DNA of 64,000 nucleotides from an uncultured Oscillospiraceae bacterium (GTDB taxonomy: Bacteria > Bacillota > Clostridia > Oscillospirales > Oscillospiraceae), in assembly GCA_964630255.1 (NCBI GenBank), contig CAZVRP010000002.1, positions 1,774 through 65,773 on the forward strand, written 5' to 3'. The position numbers and the translations under genes were made by a program. Below, one piece after another: positions 35,721 to 44,391 of this stretch. The first letter of the stretch is position 1. Every line of letters begins with the position of its first letter. The notes under the pieces are model-generated. The model did no database searches. It was not told the DNA's origin and saw only the letters and a list, made by a program, of their open reading frames with translations.

Positions 35721-36287
35721 TTAAGGGAACAGTCTGCTCGTGTTGATTATAATGCTGTCCGCCCCGGTTTGGCAAGAGCGAAAATACATCTCCTCCATAG
35801 GAATCCATATATCCTGAAACGCCTGGAAACGCGTTCCCTCCCGTCTCATCAGCCGGCGGCGCTGCACATCGCTTCCGCAGGTGAGAAATATCTTCACATC
35901 ATACAGATCCGCGAGGCGGGGATGGTGGGAATAGCTGCCCTCTATCACTGTTAGCGGGCGCGGCGGCACGGTCACGGACGTTTTGCTCCTCCACGGACGG
36001 TAATCCACCGGCTGTCCCTCGCGGGCCGGGAGGAGCACCTCCCGCCGGACGCGGTCCAGGTCCATATTCCCCGCCGGGATATTCTCCCAATCGGGGTCGC
36101 GCCGGTCAAAGGGCATATAAAAATCGTCCATGTGGAAAACCCGGCAGGAAAACCGCGCCTCCATGGCGGCGGCCAAGGCCGTCTTTCCGCTGCCGCACCG
36201 GCCGTCGATGGCGGCGATCACCGGCGTCCCCGCCGTCAGGGCGGCCTCCACCGCCGCCATGGCCGGAGCAAAGCCCTCCCCGTTCAT
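35721..36287 (-). CDS. Uridine-kinase/PRK-family P-loop kinase
   Basis: 188 aa from MNGEGF. P-loop is AAIDGRCGSGKTALA. Colinear with Udk: VIEGSY...LADLYDVKIFLTCGSDVQRRRLMRR. Confidence 0.65.
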   Translation of the reverse strand: MNGEGFAPAMAAVEAALTAGTPVIAAIDGRCGSGKTALAAAMEARFSCRVFHMDDFYMPFDRRDPDWENIPAGNMDLDRVRREVLLPAREGQPVDYRPWRSKTSVTVPPRPLTVIEGSYSHHPRLADLYDVKIFLTCGSDVQRRRLMRREGTRFQAFQDIWIPMEEMYFRSCQTGADSIIINTSRLFP

Positions 36288-36289
36288 GC

Positions 36290-36721
36290 TCACGGGGCCA
36301 TCAGCGCTTTGACGTGGCCCGCCGCCCGGCGGAGGTACTCCTCCAGCCGGAGCTCCTCCGTTCCGGCTACGAAGACTCCGCAGGTGGAGGTGGGGATCAG
36401 GATCTTCACCGCCTCCGAGCCTGACACGGCGGCCGCCATAGCGGGGGACACCTCGCCCATGATGCCGTTGGCCAGGATCATGCCGATGGGACCAAGGATG
36501 ATATCTGCCCATCCAGCGTTGCAGATGACGGCGTTCTCCCCCGTCGCGCCCCGGGCTGCGCCGGCCTTGAGCATGGCGCTGGTGGCCATCACATTGGTTC
36601 CCACGCACACCAGTTCCCAGCCGTCGGGCAGTTCCTTTGCCAGAAGGCGCACCAGCTGCGCGCCGATGCCGCCGCCCTGGCCGTCCAGGACCAGGACCCG
36701 CCGCACTTCCTTATGCTTCAT
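36290..36721 (-). CDS. DUF3842-like protein
   Basis: 143 aa: VLVLDGQGGGIGAQLVRLL...GTNVMATSAMLKAGAARGATGENAVI...ILGPIGMILANGIMGE. The family was assigned from memory of the motif pattern. Confidence 0.55.
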   Translation of the reverse strand: MKHKEVRRVLVLDGQGGGIGAQLVRLLAKELPDGWELVCVGTNVMATSAMLKAGAARGATGENAVICNAGWADIILGPIGMILANGIMGEVSPAMAAAVSGSEAVKILIPTSTCGVFVAGTEELRLEEYLRRAAGHVKALMAP

Positions 36722-37793
36722 GGGGCACCACCCGCTTTCCGCGTCCAGGATCAAGCGCCGCCGTGGTGAGTACCGACAGCACAAAGCACGCCGGGGCGCA
36801 CACAAGGCACATGGTCCAAATATCCGAGTCCGGGAAAAAATACATATAGGGATAGATGACCACCAGATTATTGAGAAAATAGGCGTAGCTCTGATGGCCC
36901 AGCCAAACGGACAGCCGGTTGTCAAACAGCCTGGAAAACAGGCTTCTGCCCCGAAAGACGCTGATGACGAAGGCGAAAAACAGTATCACGAAAAGGAAGT
37001 CATACTTTCCGGAGTTGGAGTACATCCAAAGCGCGGAGGCCATCATCACCGCCAGTTCCAGCACCGTGGCGATCAGTCCCTCCCGCGGCAGCGTCACATC
37101 CTCCATCCACTCGTACACCCGGTAGGCGATGGCGCCCACGGTGATATCCGCAAACCCCCGGTAAAACCCCATAAACGGCGCGTACTGGGTAAAGATGATA
37201 GTGTTGGCCAGGCTCCCCTTCCTGTCAAAGATGGTGCCGTATATGAGCGCCAGCAGCACCGGCGCCAGGATCTTCAAAAACACGTCCTCGTGCCTGACCA
37301 GCAAATAGTAGATGATCAGGCTGGAAAACAGCAGCGCGCTCAGATACCAGCAGACGATGTTTATGTATTCGTTGCGCACGAAGCCGAACACATTCACCAG
37401 CAGAAGCTCCGCCCAGCCGATCTGAAACAGCTCCCGCAGCCGCAGCTCCTTTGTGAGCAGCATGATGGCCGCCACCATGCACCAGCTCAGCAAATGATGG
37501 GGATACAGGATCTTCACCCGCCGCTTCATGTAATCCACCGTGAGGGCCACGCCGTCCACAGCCTGTCCTCTCGGGACGCGGCGGCGGATGGATCGCAGCA
37601 TCAGAAAGCCGCTCAGGATGAAATACAGCTCCACGAACAGGTAGAATCCCACGAAAACGCCGTCCTCCTGGTCCCGGAAAGCGAAGAAGTAGCAGTGATA
37701 GCACAATATCATCACCGCGCACACAAAGCGGTAAAACTCCATGGCCCGGCACGGCTTGTCCGCGCTGTTCTGTTTTTGCATGGGCGGCCTCAT
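36711..37793 (-). CDS. Acyltransferase-3 family membrane protein
   Basis: FYRFVCAVMILCYHCYFF...LFVELYFILSGFLM. Polytopic. The start overlaps the upstream stop (ATGA). Confidence 0.7.
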   Translation of the reverse strand: MRPPMQKQNSADKPCRAMEFYRFVCAVMILCYHCYFFAFRDQEDGVFVGFYLFVELYFILSGFLMLRSIRRRVPRGQAVDGVALTVDYMKRRVKILYPHHLLSWCMVAAIMLLTKELRLRELFQIGWAELLLVNVFGFVRNEYINIVCWYLSALLFSSLIIYYLLVRHEDVFLKILAPVLLALIYGTIFDRKGSLANTIIFTQYAPFMGFYRGFADITVGAIAYRVYEWMEDVTLPREGLIATVLELAVMMASALWMYSNSGKYDFLFVILFFAFVISVFRGRSLFSRLFDNRLSVWLGHQSYAYFLNNLVVIYPYMYFFPDSDIWTMCLVCAPACFVLSVLTTAALDPGRGKRVVPHEA

Positions 37794-38704
37794 CTCTTAT
37801 TGGCCAGCAGCGGCGAGGCCAGCAGGTTGCGGTACAACACCTCCGTCAGCCGCCGCAGATTGTGTTCAGCCCCGAAGCTGGAGTGGGGCGTGACGATGAC
37901 ATTCGGCATATCCCACAGGGGGCTGTCCTCCGGCAGGGGCTCCGTCTCGAACACATCCAGCACCGCGCCTCCCAGACGGCCGCTCTCCAGGGCCTCCGTG
38001 ATGGCGCGTTCATCCACCACCGCGCCCCGGCAGATGTTCACCAGCACCGCGCCGTCCTTCATACGGGCAAAGCGTCCGCTATCCATGATGTGATAGGTCT
38101 CCCTGTTGCTGGGCAGGCACAGGATGACGATGTCCGCCCCCGGCAGACAGCCGTCCAGCTCCGCCATGGCCAGCACCTCGTCAAAGTGCTCCCGAGTCCC
38201 GGCCGTTCGGGCCAGGCCGGTCACATGGCAGCCAAAGGGCCGCAGCCGTTGGGCAAAGGCCGCGCCGATGCTCCCGGCCCCCACGATCAGCACCCGCTTG
38301 TCCCACAGCTCCAAAAGGTTCCTGCGCAAATTCCACTGGTGGGCGCGCTGCTCCCGGTCAAAGTCCCGAAACCGCTTATACAGGCTCAGTATCTCCCCGA
38401 TGGCAAACTCCGCGATGGGACCGCTGTACACGTCCCGGGCGTTGTGGAATTCTATGCCGTGGGAGCGGATATAGTCCATGGGCATGTGATCAAAGCCGGC
38501 CATGGATATCTGTATGTACTTCAGAGATGTGAACCGTTCGATGGGGACATAGGAAAACAAAAAGCGGCAGGCCACCGCCTCGAATGCCGACGGATCGCCC
38601 TCATAGCTCTCATCGGAACACCGCGTGACCTCCACGCCGGCCTCTGCCAGCCGCGCCAGATCATCCGCGGACAGCTCAAACTTATCCGTTGCCAGCAATT
38701 TCAT
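37790..38704 (-). CDS. D-isomer-specific 2-hydroxyacid dehydrogenase family protein
   Basis: The NAD motif is VLIVGAGSIGAAFAQRL. The catalytic region is NICRGAVVDE...TPHSS. Confidence 0.85.
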   Translation of the reverse strand: MKLLATDKFELSADDLARLAEAGVEVTRCSDESYEGDPSAFEAVACRFLFSYVPIERFTSLKYIQISMAGFDHMPMDYIRSHGIEFHNARDVYSGPIAEFAIGEILSLYKRFRDFDREQRAHQWNLRRNLLELWDKRVLIVGAGSIGAAFAQRLRPFGCHVTGLARTAGTREHFDEVLAMAELDGCLPGADIVILCLPSNRETYHIMDSGRFARMKDGAVLVNICRGAVVDERAITEALESGRLGGAVLDVFETEPLPEDSPLWDMPNVIVTPHSSFGAEHNLRRLTEVLYRNLLASPLLANKR

Positions 38705-40020
38705 ATCATATCCTCCCCGCGCACCACGCCCTTGATAAAGGGAGCGCGCTCCACTTTTCCCGGCCCGATCTCATAGCAGGCCCTGAGCTGCTCAGCCGCC
38801 GCCCGGGCGTCCGCCTCCGTTCGGGCGTGTACCGTACCCAAGCTCTCTCCGGCGGCCACCGCGTCGCCCACCTTTTTATGCAGCACCACGCCCACGGCCA
38901 GGTCGATCTTATCGTCCTTGGCCGCCCGGCCGCCGCCCAGGCGCATACTCACCAGGCCCACATCCTCCGCGTGGATGCGGTTCACCCAGCCGCTATCCGG
39001 CGCAGACGCCTCCATCGTCACCGGGGCACGTGGCAGCAGAGACGGGTCGTATACCGCCGCCGCGTCGCCGCCCTGGGCCCGTACGAACGCGGCAAACCGT
39101 TCCAGCGCCGCGCCGCCGGCCACGGCTTCCTCCAGCATGGCGCGGGCCCTCTCGTCATCGGAAGCGACGCCTCCGGCCCTGAGTATCTGGGTCCCCAAGG
39201 TCAGACACAGCTCCATCAGGTCCCCTCTGTACTCGCCCCGCAGGGCGGCCAGCGCCTCCTTCACCTCCAGGGCATTGCCCACGGCGTTTCCCAGAGGCTC
39301 GTCCATATCCGTCACCACGGCGATGACCTTCTTCCCCGCCCGGCTGCCCACGTCCGTCAGAGTCCGGGCCAGCTCAAAGGCCTCCTCATCCGTCCGCATA
39401 AAGGAGCCGGAGCCGGATTTCACGTCCAGCACGATCACATCCGCTCCCGCCGCCAGCTTCTTGCTGAGGATGCTGCTGACGATCAGCGGCCGGGAGGCCA
39501 CCGTGGCGGTCACATCCCGGAGGGCATAGAGCTTTTTATCCGCCGGGCACAGCTCGGCTGTCTGCCCGGCGATGGCAAAGCCGATGTCGTTGACCTGCTT
39601 GGTAAACGCCTCCTCCGTCAGGCTGACGGAGAAGCCGGGAAAGCTCTCCAGCTTATCCAGCGTCCCGCCGGTGTGTCCCAGTCCGCGTCCGGAGAGCTTT
39701 GCCATTTTCACCCCGCACGCGGCCACCATGGGACACAGCAGCAGGCTGGTCTTGTCCCCCACGCCGCCGGTGGAATGCTTGTCGGCCTTGACGCCCCGGA
39801 TACCGCTCAGATCGATGACATCGCCGGAGCGGAGCATGGCCATGGTCAGCTCATAGGTCTCCTCCCGGTCCATCCCCTGGAAATAGATGGCCATGGTCAT
39901 GGCGCTCATCTGATAGTCCGGGATATCGCCCTTCGTGTAGCCGTCGATCATCCAGCGTATCTCGTCGCCGGTGAGGACGCCGCCGTCTCTTTTTTTCTGG
40001 ATCAGATCGGTCATACGCAT
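38701..40020 (-). CDS. pdp: Pyrimidine-nucleoside (thymidine) phosphorylase
   Basis: The ATG at 40020 follows GAGGTG. Sequence: MRMTDLIQKKRDGGVLTGDEIRWMIDGYTKGDIPDYQMSA...DKHSTGGVGDKT...SGRGLGHTGGTLDKLE. Confidence 0.9.
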   Translation of the reverse strand: MRMTDLIQKKRDGGVLTGDEIRWMIDGYTKGDIPDYQMSAMTMAIYFQGMDREETYELTMAMLRSGDVIDLSGIRGVKADKHSTGGVGDKTSLLLCPMVAACGVKMAKLSGRGLGHTGGTLDKLESFPGFSVSLTEEAFTKQVNDIGFAIAGQTAELCPADKKLYALRDVTATVASRPLIVSSILSKKLAAGADVIVLDVKSGSGSFMRTDEEAFELARTLTDVGSRAGKKVIAVVTDMDEPLGNAVGNALEVKEALAALRGEYRGDLMELCLTLGTQILRAGGVASDDERARAMLEEAVAGGAALERFAAFVRAQGGDAAAVYDPSLLPRAPVTMEASAPDSGWVNRIHAEDVGLVSMRLGGGRAAKDDKIDLAVGVVLHKKVGDAVAAGESLGTVHARTEADARAAAEQLRACYEIGPGKVERAPFIKGVVRGEDMI

Positions 40021-40055
40021 GACGCGCACCTCAAAACATCATAGTTTGCCAAATG

Positions 40056-40084
40056 ATTATAGCACACTTTTCAATATTTGCCTA
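40056..40084 (-). promoter_or_regulatory. Candidate promoter for pdp (TAGGCA-17-TATAAT with TGC extended -10)
   Basis: Minus strand reads TAGGCAaatattgaaaagtgtgcTATAAT, about 30 nt upstream of the ATG. Confidence 0.45.
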
Positions 40085-40087
40085 CTA

Positions 40088-40450
40088 TTAGAAAAAATAT
40101 GGCCTGCCGCCCAGCCAGACCACATGCCTTGCTGTCTCCGGCGGCGTCGGCTTTTCCGGTTCCAGCGGCATTTGATCCGGCCGCGCCGCCGTGCTCACAG
40201 GCCGCTCCGCGGCGTACTGAGGCCGCTGAGGCAGACGTCTCATGTCCAAGGGCGTCAGACGCCTGGTAAGACGAAGCCGTCCCCCCTCCGGCGCGGGCAC
40301 TCCAAGATAGCCCTCTCCGTCGCCATACAGCCGCAGCCGGACCACCCGGCCCACGTCCCGCATATCCGCCCGCATCACAGTGACCGCGCCCTGGCGCTCC
40401 ACCGTAAGGACCCCCTCTTCCGTTCCGTCGATATAGATCGGCAACTGCAT
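40088..40450 (-). CDS. Hypothetical protein (about 120 aa, Arg/Pro-rich C-terminus)
   Basis: MQLPIYIDGTEEGVLTVERQGAVTVMRADM... Codon usage is GC3-rich like the neighbouring genes, but I recognise no family. The start codon abuts the mazF terminator. Confidence 0.4.
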   Translation of the reverse strand: MQLPIYIDGTEEGVLTVERQGAVTVMRADMRDVGRVVRLRLYGDGEGYLGVPAPEGGRLRLTRRLTPLDMRRLPQRPQYAAERPVSTAARPDQMPLEPEKPTPPETARHVVWLGGRPYFF

Positions 40451-40458
40451 ATACAAAA

Positions 40459-40491
40459 CCCCCGTTCATACCACAAGTGTATGAACGGGGG
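40459..40491 (-). terminator. Rho-independent terminator after mazF
   Basis: On the minus strand: CCCCCGTTCATA-cacttgtgg-TATGAACGGGGG followed by TTTTGTAT. Confidence 0.7.
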
Positions 40492-40498
40492 CCGAAGT

Positions 40499-40861
40499 TT
40501 ACGACAGAGACTGGTTCAGGCCAAAGCTGACAGCGATGGCGTCGTCCACCTTGTTCATGGTGGCGCCGCTGAGCTTTCCCATGCGCTCCCGGAGCCGGGA
40601 TTTGTCCAGCGTGCGGATCTGCTCCAGCAATATCACGCTGTCCCGGGTCAGGCCGCTGTCCGGGGCCGGTATCTCGATGTGGGTCGGCAGCCGAGCCTTC
40701 CCCACCTGGGAGGTGATGGCCGCCGCGATCACCGTGGGACTGTGGCGGTTTCCCGTGTCGTTTTGTATGATAAGCACCGGCCGCAGGCCTCCCTGCTCCG
40801 AGCCAACCACAGGGCTGAGATCGGCGTAATAGATGTCTCCGCGTCGAACCGGATTTGTCAT
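40499..40861 (-). CDS. mazF: MazF/PemK/EndoA-type mRNA interferase toxin
   Basis: 120 aa: [46 protein letters not shown]...[10 protein letters not shown]...[17 protein letters not shown]. Confidence 0.9.
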   Translation of the reverse strand: MTNPVRRGDIYYADLSPVVGSEQGGLRPVLIIQNDTGNRHSPTVIAAAITSQVGKARLPTHIEIPAPDSGLTRDSVILLEQIRTLDKSRLRERMGKLSGATMNKVDDAIAVSFGLNQSLS

Positions 40862-40983
40862 GTGCGCACCTTCCGTAAAAGAGTCGCCCGGTACATTCTA
40901 TGTACGGACATGCTCTTATTCTCCCACGGAAGGGATCATTTTATACAAGGACGCGCCGCCAATACGCCAAAAGCCGGGCCTTC

Positions 40984-42105
40984 TCAATCCGCGTACACCC
41001 GCGGCACCCGGGCGCTGACGGCGCAGACCAGCTCATAGTGGATGGTGCCGGCCAGCTCCGCCACATCCCCCGCCGGTATGGTCCGGCCGAATATCTCCGC
41101 CACGTCCCCGGCTTTCACATCCGTGCCGGTCACATCGGCCATGCACATGTCCATACATATCCGGCCGACCTGGGGCGCCTGATGCCCGGCGATATTCACG
41201 GTCAGCCTATTGGACAGCACCCGGTGCAGACCGTCGGCATAGCCGATGGGCAGCACCGCGATGCGGCTTGGCCGCTCCACGGTGAAGGTACGCCCGTAGC
41301 TGATAGTGTCCCCCGGTCGGTGTTCCTCCACGCAGGCCACCCGGCTTTTCAGCTCCATGGCGGGGATGAGATCGACGCCGCTCTTGTCCGGCCCCGGATA
41401 CAGCCCATACAGGGCCACGCCGGGCCGCACCATGTCCATGTATGTCTCCGGGAAGGACAGCATGGCTCCGGAGTTGGTGCAGTGGTGTATCTCAAAGCTT
41501 CGCCCCAACCGGTCCTCCACCGCCTCGAAGCCGGACTTGAACCGCTCCAGCTGCACGTAGGTGAAGTCCCGTACCGATTCATCTCCGTCCGAGACGCAAA
41601 AGTGGGTGAACACACCCTCCGCGTACAGGCCCGGAAGTCCCGCCGCCTGGGCGGCCGCCTCCAGGGCGCTCTCTCCAAAGGCGCGGAAGCCCGTGCGGCC
41701 CATGCCCGTCTCCAGCTTTAAATGGACCTTCAAGGTCCTCGACGTCCCCGCCAGCTCATGGCTCAGCGCCCGGGCCAGCTCCAGGCTTCCCACCGCCTGG
41801 GTGATGTTCATCTCCGCAAGCTCCACCGCATATTCCGGGGGCGTATACCCCAGTATCAGGATGGGCAGCGCTATCCCCGCCTGGCGCAGGGCACGGGCCT
41901 CGTCGATGCAGGCCACCGCCAGATACTCGCAGCCCAGGTCCGCCAGAAGCCGGGATACCGGCACGGCCCCGTGGCCATAGGCGTTGGCCTTCACCACGCC
42001 CAAAAACCGGCACCCCGGCGCCAGCCGGGCGCGCATGGCCCGATAGTTGTGCTCAATGGCCTCCAGGCTTATCTCCGCCCACGTCCTCTTTGTCCTGTCA
42101 TCCAT
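40984..42105 (-). CDS. alr: Alanine racemase
   Basis: The ATG at 42105 follows AAGGAGA. The PLP lysine is in GVVKANAYGHG. The C-terminal motif is YGRTFT...PIGYADG. Confidence 0.9.
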   Translation of the reverse strand: MDDRTKRTWAEISLEAIEHNYRAMRARLAPGCRFLGVVKANAYGHGAVPVSRLLADLGCEYLAVACIDEARALRQAGIALPILILGYTPPEYAVELAEMNITQAVGSLELARALSHELAGTSRTLKVHLKLETGMGRTGFRAFGESALEAAAQAAGLPGLYAEGVFTHFCVSDGDESVRDFTYVQLERFKSGFEAVEDRLGRSFEIHHCTNSGAMLSFPETYMDMVRPGVALYGLYPGPDKSGVDLIPAMELKSRVACVEEHRPGDTISYGRTFTVERPSRIAVLPIGYADGLHRVLSNRLTVNIAGHQAPQVGRICMDMCMADVTGTDVKAGDVAEIFGRTIPAGDVAELAGTIHYELVCAVSARVPRVYAD

Positions 42106-42133
42106 ATCTATGTATCTCCTTTGCGTGTTCTCT

Positions 42134-42700
42134 TTATAGCGGCGCCGCTGCCCATTCGGAAAAGGCGCAGGAGATGACCGTCCTTCCCTGGTCGGCAATC
42201 TCCGCGGCCACCGGCGCCAGAGTGTCCCCGTCGATCCACAGGGTCATCACGGAGTCCTCCCCCACATACAGGCGGGCCGCGATATCGCCGCTCTCCCACC
42301 ACAGCAGCTCCACATAGGCCGAGGCCATGGCGTCCATCATCACCGGCAGAGCGGACATAGGCGTCAGCCCCTCCCGGTCCAGCGGCCCCGCGCCCAGGAC
42401 CGTGTCCTCATAGGCCACGGTTGTCTCGCCCCGCTGGGCGGCGGCCCGGACCCCGGCGATCAGCTCCGGGGCCAGCACCTCCACTTCGGTCCGCTGTCCG
42501 TCATAGACCAGCGCCAGGGTGTATTCCGAAACAGTCTGCCCGTAATCCGCGGTGAGCTCCACCTTGGCGGTGATCTGCTCCGCCGCCGTCACAGTCTGCC
42601 GCAGCTTATCAAAGCCCATCTCCAGCCGCGCCTCCCGCTCCCCGCATCCCGGCAGGAGCAGCAGGGTCATCATCAGTGCGGAAATCACAGCTTTCCGCAT
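42134..42700 (-). CDS. Lipoprotein, LolA-like/unknown function
   Basis: The ATG at 42700 follows AAGGAGAG. Signal peptide plus lipobox: MRKAVISALMMTLLLLPGC. Confidence 0.6.
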   Translation of the reverse strand: MRKAVISALMMTLLLLPGCGEREARLEMGFDKLRQTVTAAEQITAKVELTADYGQTVSEYTLALVYDGQRTEVEVLAPELIAGVRAAAQRGETTVAYEDTVLGAGPLDREGLTPMSALPVMMDAMASAYVELLWWESGDIAARLYVGEDSVMTLWIDGDTLAPVAAEIADQGRTVISCAFSEWAAAPL

Positions 42701-42715
42701 ATAAAACAACTCTCC

Positions 42716-44233
42716 TTATCGTATAATCTCCTTTTCAGCCTCTCCCAAGAGTTCTATGATATCCCCGGCCCGCATGGCATATTCCCCAAACCGTTCGGCC
42801 GCTATATCCCCGGCCCGGGCATGGAGCCAGCAGGCCGTCACCACCGCCCGGCGGGGCGGCATCTGTCCCAGCAGCGCCCCGATCACGCCGGCCAGCACGT
42901 CTCCGCTGCCCCCTTTGGCCATACCCGGGTTTCCCGCATCGATGACATATCCCTTTCCGTCCGGGAATGCGCAGATGGTACGGTGGCCCTTAAGGACCAG
43001 GGCGCAGCCGTGCTCCCGGGCAAAAGCCGCGGCGTCCGTCAGCCGGTCGGCCACCGGGCGGCCCAAAAGCCGGGCAAACTCCCCCTCATGAGGCGTGAGC
43101 ACCACCGGCGCCGCCGCGTCCTCCAGCAGGGACATATCCTCCCCAATGGCCCACAGGGCGTCCGCGTCCGCCACCACGGGGCACTCCGCCTGGCGCAGGA
43201 TGCCGGCCACCACCGCCGCCGTGTCCCGACTGCGTCCCAGGCCTGGCCCGATGACGCACACATCGCATGTCTCCAGCCGGTCAAACAGGGCCGGCAGCGC
43301 GCTCCGGCTCACCTGTCCCTTCCCGCCGGCGATCAGAGGAAAGACCATAGCCTCATCGTTTTTTACGGCCTCTATGGTATATATATCCGCCGGGACGCCA
43401 AGATAGACCAGTCCCGCGCCCGCCCGGACAGCCGCCCTGGCACACAGACTGGGTGCGCCGGTATAGGCCGTGCTGCCGCCCACGACGAGCAGCCTGCCGT
43501 GATCCCCCTTGTGGGATGTCCTCTTGCGTCTTGGCAGGGCCAGATCGTCCCTATGTATGGCGTAAAGGCCGCATCCGGCTCCGGCCAGGATATCCTCCGG
43601 GATGCCGATATCCTCGATGATGAGTTCGCCGCGACACACGCACCCCGGCTCAACGAAATGGCCGGGCTTGGCCATGGAGAAGGTCACCGTGCAGTCGGCC
43701 CGCACGGCCTGTCCCATAATGGCCCCCGTATCCGCAGAGACCCCGCTGGGGATATCAGCCGATACAACCGGCCGGCCGGCGGCGTTCACGAGTCCCACGG
43801 CGGACAGGGCGTCCCCGGTCAGGGGCCTGCTCAGTCCCACGCCGAACAGGGCGTCCACCAGCACGTCCGTCCGCTTCAAAAGGGGCGGCAGGCTCTCATC
43901 CCCCGGATGAAAATCCTCCAGCGCACCCCCGGCGGACTGGAGCTCCCGCTCCATGGCGCGGGTGTCCTCCGTCATCTTCCCTCTGTCACCCACCAGAAAG
44001 GCGCGCACCCGGCAGCCCATGTCCATCAGGATGCGAGCCGCCGCCACGCCGTCGCCCCCATTGTTGCCGGGGCCGCAGAACACGACGGCGGTCCTCTCCG
44101 TCCCCATCCGGTCCGCCGCGGCCCGGGCAAGGGCGCCCGCCGCCGTCTCCATCAGCTTGAGGGACGATATCCCCCGGTCATGGATAGCCGCACTGTCGGC
44201 AGCCTTCATCCTTTTCGCGTCGGAAAGCTCCAT
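42716..44233 (-). CDS. nnr: Bifunctional NAD(P)H-hydrate repair enzyme (epimerase / ADP-dependent dehydratase)
   Basis: 505 aa. The YjeF-N part reads VFCGPGNNGGDG. The carbohydrate-kinase C-terminal part reads HKGDHGRLLVVGGS...GDVLAG. Confidence 0.9.
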   Translation of the reverse strand: MELSDAKRMKAADSAAIHDRGISSLKLMETAAGALARAAADRMGTERTAVVFCGPGNNGGDGVAAARILMDMGCRVRAFLVGDRGKMTEDTRAMERELQSAGGALEDFHPGDESLPPLLKRTDVLVDALFGVGLSRPLTGDALSAVGLVNAAGRPVVSADIPSGVSADTGAIMGQAVRADCTVTFSMAKPGHFVEPGCVCRGELIIEDIGIPEDILAGAGCGLYAIHRDDLALPRRKRTSHKGDHGRLLVVGGSTAYTGAPSLCARAAVRAGAGLVYLGVPADIYTIEAVKNDEAMVFPLIAGGKGQVSRSALPALFDRLETCDVCVIGPGLGRSRDTAAVVAGILRQAECPVVADADALWAIGEDMSLLEDAAAPVVLTPHEGEFARLLGRPVADRLTDAAAFAREHGCALVLKGHRTICAFPDGKGYVIDAGNPGMAKGGSGDVLAGVIGALLGQMPPRRAVVTACWLHARAGDIAAERFGEYAMRAGDIIELLGEAEKEIIR

Positions 44234-44302
44234 ATTCCATCATCCTTCCGTATGTATTTTCATTATAGTCTTCCCGTAAAAATTCGTCAATTTCAATTAT
44301 AG

Positions 44303-44331
44303 TTGCTAAAAAAGGAATATTGTGTTATAAA
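44303..44331 (+). promoter_or_regulatory. Sigma-A promoter for pheST (TTGCTA-17-TATAAA)
   Basis: TTGCTAaaaaaggaatattgtgtTATAAA, about 60 nt before the pheS ATG. Confidence 0.55.
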
Positions 44332-44391
44332 ATAAGCTCAAGGCATTTTTTGTTCGTTTATCTCTGTTATATACACAAGGAGCATTGAAAC

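Noticed and set aside
40862-40915. A 17-codon micro-ORF overlapping the mazF start, considered as a possible MazE antitoxin.
   Set aside because: It is far shorter than any MazE/EndoAI-type antitoxin I know of (about 56-93 aa). It also has no RHH or AbrB-like sequence. It is kept only as a note inside the orphan-mazF finding.
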